Source: Lytechinus pictus
Taxonomy: Eukaryota
Length of the DNA: 64,000 nucleotides
Assembly: GCF_037042905.1 (NCBI RefSeq)
Contig: NC_087245.1
Location: 1,924,001-1,988,000 of the forward strand
Reading direction: 5' to 3'
The position numbers were made by a program, and so were the translations under genes. This document shows, one piece after another, positions 56,501 through 64,000 of the stretch (positions are counted from its first letter, which is position 1; the number at the start of each line of letters is the position of its first letter). The notes under the pieces were generated by a model, which worked only from the letters and a program-made list of their open reading frames with translations, made no database searches and was not told the DNA's origin.

Positions 56501-59500
56501 TTTTTTATTATTATTAATCAAAGCAAGGTAAAGTTGTCAAACATCAAATGCTGATGAAATGCAGCCCTTATTCGTTCATCCTATTCTCTCCCTTAGGAAA
56601 CCGAACATGCTCAGTGGAAGATTTCTTGTGTCAAAGTGGTAACTGTATCCCAGGAGCCTGGTTCTGTGATGAAAGATCAGATTGTCCTGATGGCGACGAC
56701 GAGGTTGAAGATGTCTGCAGTAAGAATTTTCCCTTTGGCCTGAAAAGGCGATTTTCTATTTAAAGAAAGGAAGAAAAGACAAAGGGAAAACATTGGGAAT
56801 ATGGCAGGGGAGAAGAGAACGATAGAAGGGAATGTGAAACTGAAAACGAGAAAGGGAAACAAAAAATAGAGATTATGAGATATAGAGAAAGGGGGGGGGG
56901 AGAGAGAGAGAGAGGGGGAGAGAGAGTGAACAACTAGTACACACTTGCAAGACTATTTGGTTTTCATGGTTTATAGTAATTCTACGATGGAAAATATATG
57001 CTTCCTGATTGAAAAGTTCTTGCTATAAAATGTGTTTTTAAGAAAAGGTAGAAAAGTTTACGACAGAAAATGATGAGTATGGCTGTCGTGAAATAGATAG
57101 TTTCGATTCCCATATTATCTAATTCATCGGAATAAACATTCCAAATCAACACAAACCACAAGATCACTGTGACTGATCAAGGTATCTGTGTTGAATGGAA
57201 TGCTCATACCGATCGATCGATGACTGAATGCCAAACTACTCTTATTATTATACTCTTAGATATATTTCGTGATGGATCTCTTAATATTTTCTTTTTTTCC
57301 CTTTCTCTCAGCTGCTCCTAATTTCACTTGTCATTATGGTCTCTTTACCTGTGATGACGGAACATGTATCACTGAGGAATGGGAATGTGATGGTATACCA
57401 GAATGCCCAGACGGCTCAGATGAATACAGAAGTTGCCGTAAGTCGGACTAACGACCTTGATTGAAATATGATCGCAAAAGTCTTTCGAATGATTATCTTA
57501 AGAAAATAAACAATGCGATTAAACTGTGAAATAACTTTTCATAATCTCTTAACGATTTCAATCAAGCCTGTCCAATTTTCATGTGACAATGATGGGTGAA
57601 GAAATTTAATGAGGCTACAATGAATGACATTTAGCCTTGATATGGTGTTTTCTAAACAAATCGAAATAATTGTTGTGTCCATTCAGCTATTTCGATTCCT
57701 AGATCCAAGAACTTTCTTTAATTCGAAATGCTTTAAAGCTTTGACACCAAATATATTTCCATTCTCCATAGCGGAATATGTTTGCCCGGAAAACTTCTAC
57801 AAGTGTGAGCAGAAGAAGCATCTAAAGAACAGATGCATCCCCGACACTGCTGTATGTGATGGACAGGTTGATTGTGCCATGGGAGATGATGAATTCCAGA
57901 ACTGCAGTAAGTATAACTATTTGATATGATTGGTATCAACGGGCACCATGCCTCTGCAGGTATTAGGAAACGATAACCTGTAAGCTTGCTATGTTTTGGG
58001 GCATTGACAAATGGAGAATCTGTTGCCGAATCAGATGACGGTTGATGGCGATTATCAGACTTGGTTGAACCTTCTACTACCGTCGATGTTGTTCAAACAC
58101 GCCTCCTAGTTTTCTAATGTCCCATAATACCTACCGCCATTTATATATTGTTACTTAGACCCTGTGCCATAATTCAGCTATTACCATCGCTATTTCTCAA
58201 TTTCTTCTTTCCAGCTATGCGTACCTGTATGCCAGGAGAGTATTCATGTCGAAATGGTCTTTGTATCAGAGATGAATTCCTCTGTGACCATGAGAACGAC
58301 TGTGGGGATCAATCAGATGAAGGATCAGCGTGTAGTAAGTTGATTTCTCATGGATGAATTATTACACTGCCCCTTTCATCTCCCACTTACCCCTACTGTA
58401 GGATTAAGTGGGAGATGTAGGGGCCCTTGATTAATGTTTAATTCTATTCCCTCCATTCTTACCTATTCCTCCTTTTCCATAATCTTCCATTCTCGTCCAT
58501 TCCTTCTTCCTTCCATTCTAGCTTAATGATTTTAACGAATGACAATTTCATTTTCACATCTTGTGAAAAGTCAGAGTAAATTAAGTACTTAAACAAATTA
58601 TCTTTGCTCTCTCTCTCTCTTTCTCTCTTTCTTGGTTCCATGACATCAACTCCAAACACAAATTGAGTGACCAACTTCCACCCTGGATTTAACACTATAC
58701 CCTATCATCTATCATAAACCTAACATAAAACCCTATTACAACCCTAACGCTAACCCTATATTTTAGACGAAATAAATCCCGGAGCAATTGTCGCCGGAGC
58801 CAATGTCGTGTCACCTCTTTGGTTTTCCTCTGTCCCTATATCTCCCTTTCCTCGATAACAATATATCTCTCCTTTCTATTCTCCAGACTATGCTCGATGT
58901 GATCCTGAAACGGAATTCACCTGTAACAACGGTTTGTGTGTGATGGCATCCTGGGTATGTGACGGTGTTAGTGATTGCAGAGATCGTTCCGATGAACACG
59001 GATGTGGTACGTGGTAACGAAAGCATTTTATTCCTAAAAGTCAGCATCCTGTAACTATACTCGGAATTAGCATCATAGTGTTATAGAACTCCGGTTACTT
59101 AGACCTGGTGGGTGTTTCATAAAGTTGTTCGTAAGTTAAGAGCGACTTTAAGAACGACTGATGATCCTTTCTTGTGGTAAATGGTATATTCAGTGGCGAT
59201 GGTTAAGCGCGTAAGAAAGGTTTACCATTCGTTCTTAAAGTCGCTCTTAACTTACGTACAGCTTTATGAAACTGCCCCCTGTTATACTTTTGGTTGAGTA
59301 GGTTAATTGTAAAATCTATAAACAACGTCTTATGTCACCAGCTCAATATTGCTTGTGTAAGATAATAGGTATTTATTATAATCTGAATCTGACTGAATTG
59401 TTTGTCTAAGGTAGATATTAAGTTATCTGAGATACAGGTTTATATAACAGTCAGTATCATGTGATTCTCATTTCTGTATACATCAAGAACATTTCCCGCT

Positions 59501-62500
59501 GCCAAAAATGTTGAATTTCTAGTATCAGAAAGTAAATTTGATTGTGGTTTCTCATTTCAATCTTTGACCAGCTATCTCTTCCATATATTAGCAACTCGTA
59601 GCATACGTAAAGTGATAATTTATCGGTAATTCATTACATAAGTAAACATATGAGAAAATATGAAATCTTTCTAATTTTCTTTATCTATTTAGATGAAAAC
59701 ACACCTACATGTGCTCCTGGTGAATATATGTGTGGAGATGGATCCTGTATTCTACAACAACTCGTTTGTAATAACGAACCTGACTGTAATGATGGTTTAG
59801 ATGAATACCGCTGCGGTACGTTCAGGGTTTTCAATTATTTCCCCTTTAAAGATTAAGATTAAACCACAAAAGGGAATTTATCAAATTATTCAAACGATCA
59901 GAAGCGATCAAATCTATGAAGCAAGTGGGGTCGTGGCCCAGCTGAAGCCCTGATGCTTGAATAGACAGCATAAAGCAGATCATCAAATTCAACGTGTATT
60001 ATTCTCCGAGAATATCAAAACACAATATGTGTTACTCTGCAGTGAGACTTATGAAGTGTATCCATATAATAGTGATTTGGGGTTTGAGTGTTTTGAATTA
60101 TCTCAACTCCTTGATGTACACTCCATCCAAGCTTAACTAGACAGCATTCAATACTTGCGTAGATAGAGACACATACAATTCTTATTCAGACCGTCGAGTT
60201 TAGTCTTTATTATTTCATATTGTACTTACTAACAGGGGTGAATGAATGTGAGAACAATGCCACTGGGTGCCATCATAACTGTGTGAACACGGCTAATAGT
60301 TACTACTGCACATGTAATGATGGGTTCCGGTTGAACGCTGACGGGCGAACGTGTGACGGTAAGTATCAATATGCTTCTCACTCAAGGTCAGGGTCCCCGT
60401 CTTCCGATGAGATGATATAAATTTACATCAAACTCAAAGTGCGATTGATTTGAAATCGTAAGATAAGAGATATGAAGTCTGAATCAATCGCACTTTGAGT
60501 TTGATTTGAATTTATCTCAATCCCTTGTAAGAATGGGCCCAAATACTGAAGTTTACTACCCGAATACTTGATATAAGACTTATGATTACAAGCAAATTCA
60601 AAATGACTTACCAGTATGCTGTTTATAACCTATTCCGATTATTGGTTGATAGTTTGGGATTGATATTTTATTCCATTATTCTTTGTAATTTTTATAAACT
60701 AATCGCGTTGTCATACTGGGTCTTACCGAAACTATTTATGTATGCTTGCCTTTATTCTGAATCTGTATACGATCGACGACAACACTGAAATCATAGTCAC
60801 ATATGTACCTACATGTATGATTTTAAGCAGATATATAAACTAGTGCATGATAGGCAATTGTTTCCTCCAACACAAGGTAATGAATTATCAGTAATTTTCT
60901 TCGATTTTCCTACGACATTTATTCATTAATTTGGATTGTGTTTTCACGTTTGAAGTTGGATCAATTTCTCTTGCCCCTCAATTTACGAGTGATATCAGTT
61001 GGGAGAGTATTTCTGTGGATATAACTATTGATGAAATTTGAATAAATTGATGATAATGAAATTATTATAATGGAATTGTTTATCACTTTTTATTGCAATT
61101 GTAGAAATAAACGAGTGTGTTGAGACTCCGGGAATCTGTAGCCAGATATGTGAGAACACGGTTGGAGGATACATCTGTATGTGCGTTGATGGCTACACCC
61201 TACGTAATGATAGGAGATCGTGTAAACACAACTCGGGTAAGATTTAACATGAAGGAGGAGCCGTGGCCGAGTGGTCTAAGGCGCCTGGCTATACATAGAA
61301 AGTCCGGGGTTCGATCCCCTATGCCCGTGAGCAAAGCATTTAATGTACAATGCTCTTTTATCCTGCTTTCAAATAAATGGAAATGCTATATGCATTATTG
61401 GTAACTTGGTGTGCACTTTAAAAAAAATGTCCTCGTTCACACAAATAAAATATAAAATAAAAATAGAGATTGCATCGATGTGGCTGTGAAAATCTGTTCG
61501 TAAAGCAGCTGATAAACTGTTGTCTTATGTTAACTTTCTTTTGGGAGTCACATGCACTGTAAGCGGGAAAGTGAATGTGGAACGAATCATAAATGGTCTG
61601 TCCGATTTATTCATGACCGTATTTCAGCATGCACTTCACAGACGCTTTCTGCAACGTTCAGAATTCTATTGAAAATGCCCGTCAAATCACAATGGACAGG
61701 TTAGAGGTCATTGTCGAAAGTTGGTGGACCAGACGAAAAATTGCAAGTATGTCGTTTGTTCAGAGTCCATGACGACACTGCTGTTTTGATTCACTGATTT
61801 TCGACAAATAACGGCTGCTGACAAAGCGTCAGCGAAGTAATTGCGAAATAATTAAGATGTCTTATTGCATTGTTATAAATTCAAGGACATTTGATGGGTA
61901 TAGAGAAGAAAAATTGATGTCGCATTGAGGTCTTGCTACTTCCTTCCTTATTTATTAAACTACACTGGCGCCATAACAGCCAGTGAAAGGAAATGTCGCA
62001 TATAAGAGTACTATCTAAAAGCTATTTCAAACTGATAATAAGCGTTTCTATTTCCAAGCACCAGTCAAAGTATATAATATATCATATGCAAGTCACTTCA
62101 TAATATTTTCTATAATTTTTGTATTTTCCCTAAAGCAATTGATCCCATAATCATCTTCAGCAACATATACTATGTTCGGTCTCTCTCACTTGATGGACGT
62201 GAATACAATCTGATCGCAGACGACTTCGGGAGCGCTGTAGCTTTTGATTTCGACTATGCTGAGAGTCGTCTCTACGTCATGGATATAGTGCGAGGGCACA
62301 TCCTTCGAATGTGGGTGAACGGAACAGATCGTGAGGTCATCATCGACGACTTCGTCAACGGTGGAGAGGGAATGTCTGTTGATTGGGTTGGAAGGTATAT
62401 AGTTGATCTTAAAAACCTGTGACGAAAGAGACCATGTAGTAATTGAGAAAGGCATGGTGTCTTGTGGAGCTCTTATGGTACTAATGATACCATCAGGTAT

Positions 62501-64000
62501 AACATGTATGGTCGTCTCATTTTAGTTTCAGCTTGTCTTTTTTGTCCCCCTTTGATACTTTTTTTCTTGATTTTCTCAATTTTTTGTCTGTTTTTTTTTA
62601 CCATTTGAAAGTGAAATATTGTAGATCTATGCGCATACTTGCGCTGAAAGAATAGCTGTTAATAAGTTATTAAGAATGACACCTGAAATCTATAACAATA
62701 ATTGTCATCCAAATGTCACATTAAATCCTGACAGTGAATAATTATTGCATATTTGTAATAACTTATTCCAGAAAACTGTACTGGGTTGATAGTGTTAACG
62801 ATGTGATGGAGGTAGCTGAGCTGGATGGTAGTCAGAGGAAAACGTTAGTCTATACTGGAATGGATCAACCAAGGGCTGTGGTGGTTAACCCTAAACATGG
62901 GTAAGATATTACAGAGATACTCTTTAGATTTCTCCAATTAAACTGTTCAAATGATTTGTGTAATGCTTGATGTATTATTTTCTTTAATTTCAAGTTGAAG
63001 TATTACCGAACTCTTCTTCTTCTAAAAAAATGAATAAATAAAAAAGTTTTGATATTTTTAGTGACATCCTTCAAAAAGATAAAAAGAAATATTTCAAAGT
63101 TTTGCATTTGGACGGTTATTTGGTACTTTTAGTGGCTGGAACGATCCATTGAAATAAATAGCAAGCTAGTATTAATCACCCTTGTTCTTTCACTAAACGG
63201 AAACAAATTCTCAACACTAAAACAGGTTGTTTTGATTCAATTTCTTTGTCTACAGTCACGTGTACTGGACTGACTGGGGTCTCGATGCCTATATTGGACG
63301 TGTAGGCATGGATGGTACAGGAAAGACTCGTTTCCATGACAACAGGATGGTCTTTCCAAATGGACTGACCATTGATTATGCTGCAGAGCGACTATATTGG
63401 TGTGATGCCCATCTAAATCATGTAGCGTGAGTGTTTTTTATATCCTTGTTGAATGAAGGGCTCATGGTCCAATGTTCGTGCCACCAATAAATGGTGGCAT
63501 GCAGCCGATGGCATTTGAAAAAAAATAGGAACACCTTTCCAAATAACGTATACACTGTCATCCAATGCTTGCCTCCTTTGAATAACGTTGATAACAATGC
63601 CTTCGAGATTGACATAAGATTCCACTTTTTTTTCTTCACATATATTTTTTAAATAATTCAGCCGAAGGTCAAACCTTCAAGATCACCGCACACTTTTTAA
63701 CCATGGTTTATAATGTTATAAAACGATGGTGTGACACCCACGAGAGAAATTGTCCTACACAAAATGTTTGCCCCAACACGATTCTTTCACAGAATAAATG
63801 TCTCTATGATTTCTAGATTTTCTGACTTGGACGGTAACACCCTCCATATAGTACCAACCCGAGGCACACCATTGGCACACCCTTTTGCCATCTCACTATT
63901 CGAAGATGACGTCTACATAACAGACTGGAATGAGAAAACAATACGTCGGTTTGACAAACTCGGTGGACGGCACATCATGGAGTATGTGGAAACCCTTCAG
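47377..64000 (+). CDS. LRP2: LRP2/megalin-like LDL-receptor family protein, multi-exon, 3'-partial (gene span)
   Basis: In-frame GT-AG exons: signal peptide 47377/47422-47500; EGF 52624-52749; ten LDLa exons 53129-59815; EGF 60236-60358 and 61105-61236; YWTD propeller exons 62136-62394, 62772-62900, 63256-63426, 63817-end. Domain order and motifs (PDRTC...NSNICIP, IIFSN.YY.R.L..DG) follow megalin cluster III. Probably an LRP2-derived paralogue rather than the canonical gene. Confidence 0.9.
47890..48545. repeat. degenerate (GAT/GGT/AAT)n low-complexity tract
   Basis: Trinucleotide-periodic tract in the first LRP2-like intron. Confidence 0.92.
48768..49062. mobile_element. diverged right-half copy of the TTAA MITE at 31814-32669
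   Basis: Colinear similarity (acgtcatcagtctcctc.tttgcatacc.accagg...gtgaaattaagc...gatttttgatgaa...tggact). Confidence 0.78.
52624..52749 (+). CDS. LRP2: LRP2-like exon, EGF-like domain
   Basis: tag| [41 protein letters not shown] |gtaag. Confidence 0.92.
53129..53263 (+). CDS. LRP2: LRP2-like exon, LDLa repeat 1
   Basis: [43 protein letters not shown] bounded. Confidence 0.93.
53843..53965 (+). CDS. LRP2: LRP2-like exon, LDLa repeat 2
   Basis: [41 protein letters not shown] bounded. Confidence 0.93.
54292..54414 (+). CDS. LRP2: LRP2-like exon, LDLa repeat 3
   Basis: [41 protein letters not shown] bounded. Confidence 0.93.
54833..54958 (+). CDS. LRP2: LRP2-like exon, LDLa repeat 4
   Basis: [45 protein letters not shown] bounded. 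Confidence 0.93.
54959..55799. repeat. 45-bp minisatellite, about 18.7 copies, starting at a splice donor
   Basis: Unit gtgagtwtatgggtgtaatgattgtccgaggaccgttacactgga; two copies have a 1-nt deletion. Confidence 0.97.
56597..56719 (+). CDS. LRP2: LRP2-like exon, LDLa repeat 5
   Basis: [41 protein letters not shown] bounded. Confidence 0.93.
57312..57437 (+). CDS. LRP2: LRP2-like exon, LDLa repeat 6
   Basis: [40 protein letters not shown] bounded. Confidence 0.93.
57772..57906 (+). CDS. LRP2: LRP2-like exon, LDLa repeat 7
   Basis: [45 protein letters not shown] bounded. Confidence 0.93.
58215..58334 (+). CDS. LRP2: LRP2-like exon, LDLa repeat 8
   Basis: [40 protein letters not shown] bounded. 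Confidence 0.93.
58634..58815. mobile_element. unclassified MITE, same family as 25121-25323
   Basis: ggttccatgacat ... ggagccaatgtcgtgtcacc, internal aaccct repeats, TCTT on both flanks. Confidence 0.7.
58887..59006 (+). CDS. LRP2: LRP2-like exon, LDLa repeat 9
   Basis: [40 protein letters not shown] bounded. Confidence 0.93.
59108..59278. mobile_element. palindromic MITE (PIF/Harbinger-like, CTG flanks)
   Basis: About 50-65-bp inverted arms gtttcataaagttgttcgtaagttaagagcgactttaagaacga / tcgttcttaaagtcgctcttaacttacgtacagctttatgaaac. Confidence 0.85.
59693..59815 (+). CDS. LRP2: LRP2-like exon, LDLa repeat 10
   Basis: [41 protein letters not shown] bounded. Confidence 0.93.
60236..60358 (+). 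CDS. LRP2: LRP2-like exon, calcium-binding EGF
   Basis: [40 protein letters not shown]. Confidence 0.93.
60391..60540. mobile_element. palindromic MITE
   Basis: atcaaactcaaagtgcgattgatt / aatcaatcgcactttgagtttgat inverted pair with ggg...ccc ends. Confidence 0.75.
61105..61236 (+). CDS. LRP2: LRP2-like exon, calcium-binding EGF
   Basis: [43 protein letters not shown]. Confidence 0.93.
61257..61427 (+). mobile_element. tRNA-derived SINE
   Basis: A-box gtggccgagtgg, B-box ggttcgatccc, no complete acceptor stem, tRNA-unrelated body and A-tail. Confidence 0.8.
62136..62394 (+). CDS. LRP2: LRP2-like exon, YWTD beta-propeller
   Basis: [20 protein letters not shown]...[15 protein letters not shown]...EGMSVDWVG. 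Confidence 0.92.
62772..62900 (+). CDS. LRP2: LRP2-like exon, YWTD beta-propeller
   Basis: [42 protein letters not shown]. Confidence 0.93.
63256..63426 (+). CDS. LRP2: LRP2-like exon, YWTD beta-propeller
   Basis: [20 protein letters not shown]...[24 protein letters not shown]. Confidence 0.94.
63817..64000 (+). CDS. LRP2: LRP2-like exon, YWTD beta-propeller (runs off window)
   Basis: FSDLDG...[30 protein letters not shown]... Confidence 0.92.

Noticed and set aside
61257..61325. tRNA gene
   Set aside because: A and B boxes are present, but there is no closing acceptor stem and it continues into a body with an A-tail, so it is a SINE

Overview
AT-rich metazoan genomic DNA, most likely a sea urchin (inferred from the intronless vertebrate-type TLR and the repeat landscape). 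It contains three host genes: (1) an Elk-subfamily (KCNH3/4/8-like) voltage-gated K+ channel on +, for which 17 exons (3949-22858) splice by hand into one open frame; the first exon was not found and probably lies upstream of the window; (2) an intact intronless Toll-like receptor on - (33877-36549); (3) an LRP2/megalin-like gene on + (about 47377 to beyond the window end). There is also an intact APE+RT ORF of an L2/CR1-group LINE (43175-46306), many MITEs (several nested), SINEs, a Helentron-type element, a Penelope-like remnant and tandem repeats. The strongest leads are: the LRP2-like gene appears to be a 'half-megalin', with a signal-peptide exon spliced directly onto the EGF + 10-LDLa cluster III of megalin; a 45-bp intronic minisatellite that starts at a splice donor and creates six further in-frame donors; a minimal hammerhead ribozyme in a Penelope remnant inside a KCNH intron; and a candidate frame-preserving KCNH cassette exon encoding a basic amphipathic helix. 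All exon boundaries were read by eye and family assignments rest on recalled motifs; no database searches were run.
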